Below, piece after piece: positions 1 to 13,059 of a stretch of 64,000 nt of DNA (position 1 is the stretch's first letter; each line of letters starts with the position of its first letter). This stretch comes from Candidatus Eiseniibacteriota bacterium (GTDB lineage: Bacteria; Eisenbacteria; RBG-16-71-46; JABDJR01), in assembly GCA_963762255.1 (NCBI GenBank), contig CAVXKA010000001.1, forward strand, positions 1,504,001-1,568,000, given 5' to 3'. The notes beneath the pieces are model-generated. The model was not told the DNA's origin. It searched no databases and saw only the letters and a list, made by a program, of their open reading frames with translations. Both the position numbers and the translations under genes were made by a program.

Positions 1-1608
<1,608 letters not shown>

Positions 1609-1745
1609 GAGAGTGTGTACTCGGCAAGTATACACGGGAGAGGGCGTGGCCCGAGAACCTACGGGATCAGGTATAGTGACTCGGTGCATCGGCGCACGCT
1701 AACATCGATGCCGACCATCTGCCGACGAAAGGCGCAATAGCAGGT

Positions 1746-2741
1746 ATGAAGCTCGTCGTTTCTCTCGACGTCGAAGCAGATAACCAGTGGAACCACGGTG
1801 GCCCTCTAACGACACGAAACGTGCAGCACTGGGCCCCCTTTCAAGAGCTCTGCGATCGACACGGTGTCGTGCCGACCTATCTCGTGACGACCGAGATTGT
1901 CGAAGATGATCACGCGCGCAAGCAGCTGACCGACTGGCGCTCTCGGGGAGCGGCCGAGATCGGTGCCCACCTGCATCCGTGGTCGACGCCGCCGTACGCC
2001 GACGTGCCCGGATTGCGCTTCAACGACGAGCAACACGCGTACCCGTGTCAGCTGCCGGACGAGTTGATGGGCGCCAAGCTCGCCACCCTTACCGCGCAGA
2101 TTACCCAGGTTTTCTCCCACGCTCCCACTGCGTTCCGCGCAGGCCGGTTCGGTTTTGACGCCCGGCTGGCGCGGTGCTTGGCGGCGGAAGGGTTCGTCGT
2201 CGACTCATCGGTGACTCCCGGTGTTTCGTTGCGGGGCGTGGTCGGCATGGGTGGTGGTGGCCCGGATTTTTCCAGCTTCTCCATCGAGCCCTTCCGCATC
2301 GCCGGGACCGGCGAACCCGGTCTCCTGGAGATTCCCGTCACGATCGCACAGACCTACCGAGTCTTCGACCGGTTTCCCGGCCTATTGAAGCCCTACTCCT
2401 GGCTGCCCGTCAGGGCGGTGCGCAAAGTTCTGCTCAGCGCCTGGCTTCAGGCCCAACCGATGTGGCTGAACCCGCGTCCCAACTACAGGTCCAAGGATCT
2501 CGCTCTGGTCTGGCGCCGAGCCGAAGAGGCGGGTGCCGAGGTCGCGGTCATGATGTTTCACAGCAGCGAGCTCATGCCCGGCGGCAGTCCGTTCCGACCG
2601 ACGGTCGAATCCGTGCGCGACTTGTATACGTGCCTGGACGGGTTCTTCGCCTACGTCCGTGATCACGGCGGGAGCTTCTCCGGCATGACGGACGCGGCGC
2701 TGAGCCTTTCCCGGCAAGAACTCGCCGTGCGCCCGGTTTGA
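1746..2741 (+). CDS. Polysaccharide deacetylase family protein (WalW-like)
   Basis: NodB-like motifs SLDVEAD, EIGAHLHPW, FRAGRFG, VDSSV and FHSSEL. Confidence 0.8.
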   Translation: MKLVVSLDVEADNQWNHGGPLTTRNVQHWAPFQELCDRHGVVPTYLVTTEIVEDDHARKQLTDWRSRGAAEIGAHLHPWSTPPYADVPGLRFNDEQHAYPCQLPDELMGAKLATLTAQITQVFSHAPTAFRAGRFGFDARLARCLAAEGFVVDSSVTPGVSLRGVVGMGGGGPDFSSFSIEPFRIAGTGEPGLLEIPVTIAQTYRVFDRFPGLLKPYSWLPVRAVRKVLLSAWLQAQPMWLNPRPNYRSKDLALVWRRAEEAGAEVAVMMFHSSELMPGGSPFRPTVESVRDLYTCLDGFFAYVRDHGGSFSGMTDAALSLSRQELAVRPV

Positions 2742-2808
2742 GAGCATTCATCCTTTCTCAGGGTCGTGGCCGGCGGCCCACACCTCGAGCCGGGGGACCG
2801 GACCGAAC

Positions 2809-3933
2809 ATGAAGTTGTGCATGGTTACCCTGAGCGGGCTGTCCATCCACTTCCGAGACCCGCGCCGACCCGCGGGGGGATCGGAGCGGCAGGTCTCCCT
2901 TCTGGCCCAGGCACTGGTCCGGCGGGGGCACCAGGTGACCGTGGTGGTCACGGACTACAGCGGCGCCGCCCTCACCACCCCTCGTTCCACGACCTTGCCT
3001 CTGGTCAACGCATACGACAACCACAGCGGCGTCCGCGGGTTTCGTTTCCTGATTCCGCGTTGGCGCGGACTTCACCGAGCCCTGGCGCGGGTCGACGCTG
3101 ATGTGTGTTTCCAGCGCGGTGCCGGTGCGGCCACCGGCCAGGTGGCTTGGTTCGCCCAACGTCGGCGCCGGGGGTTCGTGTTCGGCCTGGCCAGCGATAC
3201 CGATGCCGATCGAGCCCGGGTCCGTCTCGGGTTCCGAGACCGTCGTCTCTACCAGTACGGCCTCCGCCGGGCCCAGCGGGCGGTGGCCCAGCACGCCGAC
3301 CAAGTTGTCTCCCTGCGGGCCAGCTATGGGGTGGAGGCGACGGTGATCGGGAGCATCGCCCCCTACCTGCCGGAGCGGATTGAGCCACCCGATTCCCACC
3401 CCACCGTGGTGTGGCTGGGGGATCTTCGCTCCCTGAAGCGACCGGAGCTCTTCCTGGCCATGGCGCGGCGCTTTCCCGAGGCCCGGTTCGTGATGATGGG
3501 TGGGCCCGTCCTGAGCGATGCCGACTGCTATGCGCGAGTGGAGGCAGAGGCGCGCATGATTCCCAACGTGGAGTTCCTGGGTTTCACCGGCGATCCCGCT
3601 CCCCGGCTGGCGCGGGCCTGGGTGCTTCTGAACACTTCGATACTGGAGGGATACCCTTCCAGTTTTCTGGAGGCCTGGGGTCACGGGGTGCCCACCGTCT
3701 CCTTCGTGGACCCTGGGGGGACGGTGCGCAAGGAAGGTATCGGGCGGGTCGTGGAAGACCCTCAGCACCTTGCTCAGGTCCTCGGAGAGGTGCTGGAATC
3801 GGCTGCGCTCCGCAACGAACTGGGCGCGCGCGCGCGTCCCTACGTGGAACGGGAGCATACCGCGGATACGGTGGCCGCTCGCTATGAGGCGGTATTCGCC
3901 GAGGCCGCGGCAGCGGCCCGAAGGTCCGGATAG
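2809..3933 (+). CDS. Glycosyltransferase family 4
   Basis: GT-B motifs GGSERQ, KRPELF and EGYPSSFLEAWGHGVP. Confidence 0.9.
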   Translation: MKLCMVTLSGLSIHFRDPRRPAGGSERQVSLLAQALVRRGHQVTVVVTDYSGAALTTPRSTTLPLVNAYDNHSGVRGFRFLIPRWRGLHRALARVDADVCFQRGAGAATGQVAWFAQRRRRGFVFGLASDTDADRARVRLGFRDRRLYQYGLRRAQRAVAQHADQVVSLRASYGVEATVIGSIAPYLPERIEPPDSHPTVVWLGDLRSLKRPELFLAMARRFPEARFVMMGGPVLSDADCYARVEAEARMIPNVEFLGFTGDPAPRLARAWVLLNTSILEGYPSSFLEAWGHGVPTVSFVDPGGTVRKEGIGRVVEDPQHLAQVLGEVLESAALRNELGARARPYVEREHTADTVAARYEAVFAEAAAAARRSG

Positions 3934-3969
3934 ACCGCGTCGTCGTGGCCGCCGGGTGCTCGGCTTGCC

Positions 3970-5464
3970 CTACGGCGTGAGCAGCTCCGCTTCCGGCGCG
4001 CGCTTCAAGAGCGTGCGCACGCCGCGGGTGACGTGGCAGGCACGGAACCCCGACTTGTGCATCAGTTCTGCAAGGTAGGCGCTCTTGAACCCCACTTCGC
4101 AGTAGAGGGCGTAGCTCTGGTCGCGGCTGAACGCGGGGTACGCGGCGAGGGCCTTCATGTATTCGAGGTGCAGGGCGCCGGGATAGTGCCAGGCCTCGAA
4201 GGCCGCTCGCGAGCGAAGATCGAGCACCGTCGTTCCGTCCGGAATCGTCTCGATCTCGAGGTCGGACGGCGCCGTTGCCTCGAGTTCGATCGTACGCAGC
4301 TCGTGCACGATGCGCGCGGAGAAGACGCGATCCAGGAGCGAAGGGTCGAGCCGCGATTCCTCGGTCTCGACCACCGAATGCGACGCGTTGGTGGAGGGAT
4401 TCTTGGGAACGAGCGCGCAGTATTCGTCCACCTCCGCCGATCGGTCGTAGGTGCCGATCCGCCGCGCGATGGAGATGATCTCCTCCTTGTTCATGCCCAC
4501 CAGGGGGCGCAGCACGGCAAGGTCCGTCGCTCGGGACACCACCGCCATGTTCTGGAGCGTCTGCGAGGAGACCTGGCCGACGGAATCCCCGGTGATGAGG
4601 GCCTCGATCTCCAGCTCGCGCGCCAGACGCTCGCCGGCGCGCAGCATGAACCGCTTCAGGATCACCTGCCAGTACTTGGGCAGAACCTTGGCCTGGATCT
4701 CCTCCACCGCGGGTTGGAAGTCGATCTCGTAGAGGTGCGGTCGGTCGCCGTAGCTCCAATGATCGGCGATGATCTTCATCACCCGCAGCACGCCGCGTCG
4801 GTGCGCCGGCCCGCCGAGATTGCAGAAGAGATAGTCGAGCGACACGCCGCGCCGCAGGAGCATCCACGAGGCCACCGCGGAATCGAATCCGCCCGAGACC
4901 AGGGACAGCGCGCGTCCCTGCACGCCGACCGGGAGGCCGCCTTCCGCCGGGATCATCTCGGTGAAGAGGTACGCCTCCTCCGGGTACACCTCGAGGTACG
5001 CGGTCACCTCCGGGGTGCGCAGATCGACGCGGGCCGCATGCTCGAGGAGCGCGGTGCCGAGAGCGCGCTGCACGTCCGCGGAGCGAAACGGAATGAGCTG
5101 GGTCTTGCCCGCCCGCCGCGCGCGCACCGCGAACCGCTTCCCGCGCACCGCCTCGGCGAAGAACTTCTCTCCCTGATTGACGAGATCGGGCAGATCCCGC
5201 CACGTGTGTCGCGCGATCGGCGAAACCGATTGCAGCCCGAACACGTGCGGGAGGATATCGATGCGCGAGCGGAGACTGGGTCTCCACGATCATGCGGTGC
5301 CACTCGCGCTCCGTTTCGTATGGAGCGCCGGTGGTCCCCAACGCGTTCTTCACGTTCTGGGCGAGCCGCTTGGTGAACCGCTGCTTGGTCTTGGGAAACT
5401 TGATGGATACCTCCCCCGAATAACGGAGGAGGATCCATCGCGGCGCCGCCGGATCGGAATGCAA
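3970..5464 (-). CDS. thiI: tRNA 4-thiouridine synthase ThiI with C-terminal rhodanese domain; one frameshift near 5263
   Basis: The N-terminus (LLRYSGEVSIKFPKTKQRF) is in one frame. The THUMP domain, PP-loop (SGGFDS), GDSVGQVSSQTL and rhodanese YCEVGFKS are in the next frame. Removing one base near 5263 joins them. Confidence 0.88.
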
Positions 5465-5466
5465 AG

Positions 5467-8400
5467 CTACGGCACCCGGGTGATCTTGACCGCGCCCGCG
5501 GTGCGGCCATCCACCACCACTCGGGTGAAGAAGATCCCCGCGCCGGCGTCGAGGCCGGTGTCGGTGCGGCCGTCCCAGCTCAGCCGGTGCTCGCCCGCAT
5601 TCAGGCGGCCGGAGTAGATCACGCGCACGCGACGTCCGGTCAGATCGAACACCTCGGCGCGCACCTCGTACTCGTCCTTGCCGCCGTCGGCGCGGCCCGC
5701 CAAAACCACCGGCACCTGCGCGGCACCGATCATCGGGTTCGGGAACGCGGCGAGAAGCCGCGTCACGCCCGCCGGCGTGTCACCGGGGACGCTCGTCGTG
5801 CTCTTGGCATCGGGAAGGCCGTCGTCATCCGCGTCGACGGTCACCATGCACCGATTGTCCACCGCGGGCAGCGTGGCGCTCTCATTGTTCGGGCAGACGT
5901 CGCCGCCGAGTGTGCCGGTCGGCTCGGGATCCCAGCACACGGAGGCCACCGCCGCGATCTTCGTTCCCGCCGGCACCTGGCCCGCTCCCAGCCCGTAGAG
6001 CACGTCCCACGGAATCGCCAGCTCGCTCCCGCCGTTGTTGCCGTTCAGGTGGTTGGGATCGAAGGCCATGATCGCCTGCGAGCTCAAGTCCACCGCGGTC
6101 GTCGGACTGGTGATCCGCCAGAGGCTCTGGCCGTCGTAGACGCTCTGGTGCTGATAGGCGCCCATCTGAATGTCGGGCTTGAAGCCGGGACCGCTGAAGC
6201 TCGCGCCTCGTTCCCAGCTCGAGATCGCGGTCAGGTCGGTCTGCCCGTTCGGCCCGCCGAAATCGGTGTCGAGATAGAGGAGCCAGGAATTCCCCTTCAC
6301 GCGACCCTGGATGCCGATGTAGAGGTAGTCGGCATCCCAGTCCATGTAGAGGACGTTGATCTCGTTGGTGTCACCGGGAGAAGAACTGTTCCAGGCCGAG
6401 TCCCACCAGTCCTCGCACTGCCAGCGCGCATTCCCCCAGTCGGCCGTCGAGAAGAGTCCGTCGATCTGGATCGCGGTCGGCGGCGTGTAGTTCACGGCCA
6501 CGTTGTCGTTTTGCGTGACCTGGACGTTCCCGTTGCTCGCCGCGTCGCGCACGGTGTTGGCCGCCAGGAGCAGTTCCAGCGAGCCCGTGCTGAGCGCCTC
6601 CAGCGCGGCCGCGGTCGTCGGCGTCAAGTCGAAGTCGAGCTTCGTGCTGGTACCGGTCGTGGTGAGCGTCTCCGAGTTGGTGAGCGTCACCTCGGCGATC
6701 GCCGTCGTTGTCGTCGTCGATGGCGATTCCGGTCTTCACCACCAGGGACGCCTGCACCGGCTCGTCGAAGTAAAGCGTGAGGTGGTTCGTGCCCGGGAAG
6801 TAGGTGCCGCTCAGGGCCAGCGGTCCAAGCTGGTCGGTGAGTGCGTCGCGCAGCGCCTTCAGCTCGGGGATGTGCCCCTGGCCGTCCAGCGCGCTCGAGA
6901 AGCCGCCGTAGACGAGCACCCGGAACTGACTGTCGCCGTAGAACTCGTCGCCCTCCAGGAGCGTGGCCGAGAACTGGGTGTTGTGATGTCCGCCCGCCGA
7001 TCCCACCACGACGCCTGCGGTCGCGTTCGTGTTGGGGTTCTTCTGACCGAAGTAGCCGCCGCCGTCGGGATCCCACACCCGGTTCAGCGTACCGTTCCAG
7101 GTCATGTCGCGCAGGTCGGGGCTGAACCCGTTCTTGACGTAGACACGCTGCCCGGGTGCCTTGTACGTGACGTCCAGGTAGGGCTGGCCCAGCGTCAAGG
7201 ACACCGTCTTCGTCACCGCGGGATGGGTGAGCCTGGCGGTGACGGTGTTGCCGGAGCCGGCCACCACGGAGAGCCCGTAGAGTTCGTGCTCCTTGTCGCT
7301 GCCGCCCACGCTCACGTCGGAGAGCGTGGCCACGTGGTTCGTCTCGTTGTAGTCGCCGTCGGTGTCCACCCAGTAAGCGTTGTCGTTGGAGACCACTGAG
7401 TAGTTGTAGTCGCTCCCCTTGGCGAAGAGCCACTGCAGCTTGCCGCCGATGGTATCGAAGACCGCCAGCAGGCGGTCGTTGTACATCACCAACTCTTCCA
7501 CCCCGTCGTCGTCGATGTCGCTCGTGTAGGCGCCGGTGGGGTTCACATAGAGCCCGCCCGCCCAGCGCGCGGCCTCGGTGTGCGGATTCGCGGAACGAAT
7601 GTGGTTCGAATAGTGGTTCTGCCACCCGGAGATCTCGCCGGCGTCGTGCCAACCGGTCTCGTGGAGGTTGGTGACCAGGATGTACCACGCCATCTCGCTC
7701 AGGTTGTTGGCCGGCGCGGTGAGGAGCTTGTTCAGCACGTTGTTCCACTGCTGGCCGTAGTTCCACTTGGGCGTGTGGCCGTCCAGGTTCGCGGCCCCGG
7801 TGTAGGCCGCCCAATCGCCGTACCAATAGTTGTTGCCGCCGCCATAGCCGTCCAGCCCGCCGAGGAGCCCGTAGGTGCCGCTCTGAAGCGTGATCGCCTG
7901 CGTGGTGAAGCCGGGATCCTGGAGCACGTCGGTCAGCTTCCACACACTCACGGTGCCGCTGTTGGCCGAGCACTGCTGGAGGATGTGGATGTAGTTGTTG
8001 AGCGCGTCCGGATTGCCGGCTCCCTGCGAGACTTCGGCCGCGATCTCCGCGTCGTTGCCGTAGAGGATGATCTCGTCCGAAGTGCTGGAGAGGATGCGGT
8101 TCCAGGCGTTGCCCCAGTTCCAGTTCACGTCGCCCACGAACGTGTTGTCGATGGGGAGGACCTTGATCCCGCCGTAGGTGTAGATGTGGTGGTCGTTGAA
8201 CGCGTTGTTGTTGTATCCGCAGTGAATGTAGTCGTCGAGGATGACCGCCCAGATGCCGTTGTCCGCGAAATCGTCGCCGATCCAGTCGATCACGTTCCCC
8301 GACGCGGTGACGCCGTTTCCGTCGTTGTCGGGGTTCTCGCACCACACGCGCTCCGGCACCCAGGCGACGCGCGGCGTGAAGCCGTAGCGGTAGGAGATCA

Positions 8401-9484
8401 TCGAGTTCTCGAGATCCACCGCCTTGCCGTTGATCTCGTCGCGCAGGAACGGCATCATGTGCTGCCCGTACGCGGAGGTGATCATCTCGATCCATCCGCC
8501 GGTGACGCCCGCCGAGAGCCAGTCGTTGAAGCTCTTGTCGTGCCACTCCGCCGCCGAGATCAGCGTCCCCGCCTGGTGCCAGTTGACCGGCAGGTTGTAG
8601 TAGTCGTGGGCGGCAAGAAGCTCGTCGGCGCCGTCGTCGGGGTTGTTGACATCGCCGTCGTTCACCGCATTCTCGCCGCGCTCACCGCGGAACACCGTGG
8701 TATAGGTGAGCCCCTGGTTCAGGTGCTGCACGAACGCGACGTTGTGGACGTTGCTCGTGGGGCTGTTGTCGGCGGTGATGCCGTCCAGCACGATGCCGCC
8801 CTCGGTGGTGAACACGTAGAAGTTGATGGGCGTGGACTCGTCTGCCGCCGCCCGGGGCGCGACCGCGTCGAACGCCGCCGCGGACTTTCCAGCGCCTTGC
8901 GCCACCGCTTCCTGGAACCCGCTCGGGAGCCAGCAACTCGCCTCGAGCATGTCCCACTCGCGGGTGGCGCGCACCGAGCGCACGCGTTCCGTCTCGCGGG
9001 CATCGCCAGCAGTGTCGAGCAAACGCGCGGTCGCCCCGGCCGAGGACTCGGTGAGTTCCACCGCGCGATCCCACGCGATGGGGGCTTCACCCGCGATGCC
9101 GTCGGGGAGCGACTTCGTCCCGCCGGACGCGTAGTCCATGAGCACGAACACCCGCACGCCGGCGTCGAGGACGCGCTCGGCGGTCTCCGCGCTCGGGGTC
9201 GGGTAGACGTTCACGCGCATCGAAAGCCGGTCCACTTCCTGATCGAAGTAGAAGCCCATGAGATCGCCACGCGCGGTCTGGCCGGTCGTGCCGTCGAAGA
9301 CGGGGTCCAATGCCTTGGCGTTGGCGCGCTGCCAGAGATGCGGGTTGCCCTCGATCTCGAGACCGGGGGCCGCGACGAGCGGCGCGATCCAGTCATGCGC
9401 GTCGAGTTCGCCGACGGAATGGCTCGCGAGCGGGAGCGCGGCGAGGACAAGGAGAAGAGGAAGCGTGCGACGGATCCAGTTCAT
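5467..9484 (-). CDS. Large secreted GH57-like glycoside hydrolase with DOMON/CBM9-like and FlgD-type Ig C-terminal domains; one frameshift near 6700
   Basis: Signal peptide, then GH57-type regions HLNQ, IEMITSAYGQH, WVPERVW and YGNDAE. The second ORF supplies IQIDG..DW, LYMDWDADYLYIG and FPNP..VFDLTGRRVR..WDGRTDTG. Removing one base near 6700 joins the frames. Confidence 0.7.
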
Positions 9485-9502
9485 GGGGCTCCTCCCAGAG
9501 GA

Positions 9503-9516
9503 TTGGACCGGTCCAA
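9503..9516. promoter_or_regulatory. Perfect 14-bp palindrome TTGGACCGGTCCAA, candidate LacI/GalR-type operator
   Basis: Central CG palindrome ~19 bp upstream of the GH57-like start codon. Confidence 0.45.
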
Positions 9517-9736
9517 ACCCCGTGGATGCTAAGCCTTGTTGCCTGTCGATTGGTGGCCGTCGGAAGGCGGCCGTACCGGGATCGTGGGTGCCAGAGGATG
9601 TCGTAAACCGAAGAAGATTCTACCAGATACGCGGTCGCGGACAAACCGGGCCGGGCAAGTCCAACCAGTCACAGCAGTTGTGCGGTCGCGGCCGCTGTGC
9701 AATGCTCCCCGTCACGCGCAATCCACGGAGGCATCC

Positions 9737-10477
9737 ATGACCCGACGCATTCCTCGCAAGGTCCACCACGTCCTGCCCCTACCGCGGCTCGACACGGAAT
9801 CGAACCCGCCCTTCGGTCGGGAAGTTGCGCAGGAAGTCGATTTCCTCATCCAGTTGATGGATCTCAAACCCGATGAGGCGATCCTGGACGTGGCATCGGG
9901 CGCGGGGCGACATGCTTTGGAGTTGGCTCGGCGCGGGTTTACCAACGTAACTGCGATGGATCCCTCCGATCAATTGCTGGGGATCGGGGCGAGGTGCGCG
10001 GCGTCGCTGGATCTCAAGGTGAAGTTCTTGAAGGGCGACGCGCAGAAGCCGGCGGGCAAGGACGCGTACGATGCTGCGTTGGTGCTAGGAGGTGGCGCAT
10101 TCGGGCTGATGGAGTCGGACAGGGAGAACGTGCAGGTTCTCGATGCCGTGTTCGACGCGCTGAAGCCGGGTGGGCGGATGGCGCTGAGCGCGATGAGCCT
10201 CTTGAACCTGCTGCGGCACCGAACGGAGCTGGCGAACTTCGATCCCGACACGAACTATCTGACCACGACCGAGCAGGTACCGGTGGAGGGAGACACCATC
10301 GAGGAATTCCCGCTCCACGAGCGCTATTACGTGGTGCCGGGGCTGCGCAACGACCTCCTGCGGATCGGGTTCCGCAACATCATGGCGTTCGGCGCGGACT
10401 CGGGGCGGTTCTCCAGCCGGTCGGTGAGCACCGACGACCCGGAGATCCTCATGTCGGCGGTCAAGCCGAAGGGGTGA
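9737..10477 (+). CDS. Class I SAM-dependent methyltransferase
   Basis: Motif I ILDVASGAGRH. ATG 9737 follows GGAGG. Confidence 0.85.
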   Translation: MTRRIPRKVHHVLPLPRLDTESNPPFGREVAQEVDFLIQLMDLKPDEAILDVASGAGRHALELARRGFTNVTAMDPSDQLLGIGARCAASLDLKVKFLKGDAQKPAGKDAYDAALVLGGGAFGLMESDRENVQVLDAVFDALKPGGRMALSAMSLLNLLRHRTELANFDPDTNYLTTTEQVPVEGDTIEEFPLHERYYVVPGLRNDLLRIGFRNIMAFGADSGRFSSRSVSTDDPEILMSAVKPKG

Positions 10478-10747
10478 GGGCTGGGCCTCCGGATACTCGG
10501 GTGCCATACCCGGTTTCCTGCACACATCAGAGCGTCTCCACAGAGTACGGCCACCCCAGCTCATCGCTCAGGCGTGCTGGGGAGTTGCTGCGTTCGCCGG
10601 AAAGGAAGATCGAGGGTAGATCTCGCGCCTTCTGGATTGCGGTGGTTCATTACCACCACCGCGAGACTAGCTCAGTGGACAGCCGGGAGACACGAAACTC
10701 ATGATAATATTCCATCAGTGTCCGCAGGCCCAGTTGGGAGGCAATCC

Positions 10748-11332
10748 ATGCCCGAGGAACTGCGAAACCACGAACTCGTCACCCTGGCTGTCTATTTGGT
10801 GGGAGGGGACGCCCATGAAGTTGACACGGAAGATGTCGCTATAAAGGCTGATGAACTAGCGCCAGGTCGATTCACGTGGAGGAAATATAGAGATCAGATT
10901 AATATTGAGATAATCAGAGCGTTTCTATCCGACGCTAAGAAACCAAAGAATGGTGGCTACCTCATTGGCACGGGGAACACGGGTTGGCTGTTGACTGGGG
11001 CCGGTTTGTCATTCGTTACTGCGAACCTGATCCGACTCAAAACAATACATGATCGCGGGGCACGTCTGGGCGCAGAGGAGCGTCGGCGTCGGACAAGAGA
11101 ACATGATCGCTTACTCAGTACTGCGGCCTTCCAGAAGTACTCGGCGGGCGAACAGTCTGCTATATCTATGCGGGACGCAGAGGCTGCCTTCAGGCTGAAT
11201 GAGTACATTGTTGGAGAGGCGCGACGCAGGAAGGTACAAAAGCTGGTCAATACATTCGCAGATGATGAGGAACTGGGAGGCGCGATCCGGTTCCTGGCTG
11301 CCCTTGCGTGCGGGGAGACCGGTGATGACTGA
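10748..11332 (+). CDS. Hypothetical protein, probable winged-helix DNA-binding domain
   Basis: ATG after GGGAGG. Helical N-part ends in a G..GWLLTGAG wing-like motif. Its stop overlaps the next start by 8 nt. Confidence 0.6.
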   Translation: MPEELRNHELVTLAVYLVGGDAHEVDTEDVAIKADELAPGRFTWRKYRDQINIEIIRAFLSDAKKPKNGGYLIGTGNTGWLLTGAGLSFVTANLIRLKTIHDRGARLGAEERRRRTREHDRLLSTAAFQKYSAGEQSAISMRDAEAAFRLNEYIVGEARRRKVQKLVNTFADDEELGGAIRFLAALACGETGDD

Positions 11333-12986
11333 AGCAGAAGAGCTGTATGTGAAAAGTCACGTTTCACGTGATCTATTGCAGAGCGCGGCACTCTTCAAGA
11401 ATGACCACCTCGTCGTTTGGGAATACGTCTCCAATGGGCTTCAGTACGTCGACCCGGGTACGGTTCCCAGAGTCCGGGTGACGCTGGATGATAGGCGAAA
11501 GCGAATCGCGATCAAAGACAATGGGCGAGGAATGACGTTCGCTGACCTTCAGGACTTCTTCGTCATGCACGGAGAGAACGTCGATCGAAAGATCGGGCGA
11601 CCGGGTCGCGGGATGTTCGGAACGGGCAAGTCAGCGGCGTTCGGGATCGCAGAAAGACTGATCATCTCCACCACCCGGAACGGGATGCGAACACGGGTAT
11701 CCTTGTCCCGTGACGACATAAATGGGATGCGAGACAACTCCCCCATTCCCGTTCAGGTCTTGGAGAGAACAGAGAATTCGGAGGAAGCGAATGGGACACT
11801 GGTAGAGATTGAGGGCGTCCATCTTCGGAAGCTTGATCAGAAGAACGTCATTCGGTTTGTGGAACGACATCTCGCGCATTGGCCTCGCAACGTCGTTGTG
11901 TGGATCAACAATCACGAATGCCAGTATGTGCCCCCCGCGGCCCTGCGACTGGATGTGATTCACCCAAGCGGGGAAATCGCGGAGATTCTGGGGCCGTGCA
12001 AACTGAATCTGCGTGTGTCCGCGGTGCCGTTGGGCGCTGACGAGGCAGGCGTGGCGGTGTTCTCAAAAGGGGTGTGGTATGAGACGACCCTCGCCGGAAG
12101 CGAAGGGCGCGAGATGGCTAGCTTCATCTTTGGCGATATCGACATTCCTAGAATCGACGAGGATGACTCACCGATTGCTCCGTTTGATATGAGCAGGGCG
12201 ATGCATCTTAACGCTGCCAATCCCTTGGTTCAGACTGCATACGCGTTCATTGGGACCAGCGTTGAGAAGCTAAGAAGGGAGCTGGTGGCTGAGGAGCGTA
12301 GGAGGCGTGCTTCTGAGGAGGCGCAGAAACTGGCGATGCAGGGGAGCGAAATCGCCCGCGTGATCAATGAGGATTTCCGTGAGTTTCAGCAAAGAGTGGC
12401 CAAAGCGCGCGCACGTGCGCGGGGAGGAGACGACCTTGGGGTGACCGAGCTGGACGGGGGGGGAGAAGCAGCCGACCTGGTGTTTGGGCGCGACGAGGGA
12501 GCGGTTATTCTGGATGATCATGGCAGCCCTGGAGCAGAAGGGAGTGGGGGGGGCGGAGCGGGGGGAGAGCCGCGCACGCTGAACCCGGAGGTCGAAGCCG
12601 GTACGGACGCGGACCCAAAGCTCGGACAGAGATCCGGTAGCGATGGTGGGGGTAGGGCCAAGCCCCGTGGCGGGTTCAGTATTGAATTTAGACACATGGG
12701 CCAAGACCAGGACCGGGCCAAGTACCAGCGAGAAGCAAGGCAGATTGTCATCAACTTGGACCATCCCCAGCTACATGCCGCGCTTGGTTCAGGTAGCGTA
12801 GAAGACCCCGTGTTTCGACGGCTTGCATATGAGGTCGCGTTCTCAGAGTACGCGCTTGCACTGGCACTTGAGTTGGCGTTGCGCGATGAGTATGTGGACA
12901 TCACAGATCCGATCGTCGAGATTGGGGAGACCTTGAATCGAGTTGCGCGGCGCGGAGCGTCCCTCTATGAGGAACCCAGTACCTAG
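11325..12986 (+). CDS. GHKL (MORC/HSP90-like) ATPase
   Basis: Bergerat-fold boxes WEYVSNG, KDNGRGM, GMFGTGK and GTLVEI, then a coiled coil, a Gly/acidic linker and C-terminal INLDHP. Confidence 0.85.
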   Translation: MTEAEELYVKSHVSRDLLQSAALFKNDHLVVWEYVSNGLQYVDPGTVPRVRVTLDDRRKRIAIKDNGRGMTFADLQDFFVMHGENVDRKIGRPGRGMFGTGKSAAFGIAERLIISTTRNGMRTRVSLSRDDINGMRDNSPIPVQVLERTENSEEANGTLVEIEGVHLRKLDQKNVIRFVERHLAHWPRNVVVWINNHECQYVPPAALRLDVIHPSGEIAEILGPCKLNLRVSAVPLGADEAGVAVFSKGVWYETTLAGSEGREMASFIFGDIDIPRIDEDDSPIAPFDMSRAMHLNAANPLVQTAYAFIGTSVEKLRRELVAEERRRRASEEAQKLAMQGSEIARVINEDFREFQQRVAKARARARGGDDLGVTELDGGGEAADLVFGRDEGAVILDDHGSPGAEGSGGGGAGGEPRTLNPEVEAGTDADPKLGQRSGSDGGGRAKPRGGFSIEFRHMGQDQDRAKYQREARQIVINLDHPQLHAALGSGSVEDPVFRRLAYEVAFSEYALALALELALRDEYVDITDPIVEIGETLNRVARRGASLYEEPST

Positions 12987-13059
12987 TCCTTCCGCTTCTG
13001 ACAGTGCCGGCTCCGCCATGGCCGCAGCAGCTGAGCACTGAGCCGAGGCGGAATTTGCG

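Noticed and set aside
10478-10565. Weak inverted-repeat (REP/MITE-like) sequence at the island's left border
   Set aside because: Single copy in the window with short imperfect arms and no target duplication or transposase, so it cannot be supported.
10661-10735. tRNA-like start GCGAGACTAGCTCAGTGG near the island edge
   Set aside because: No anticodon stem, TTCGA T-loop or matching acceptor 3' strand follows.
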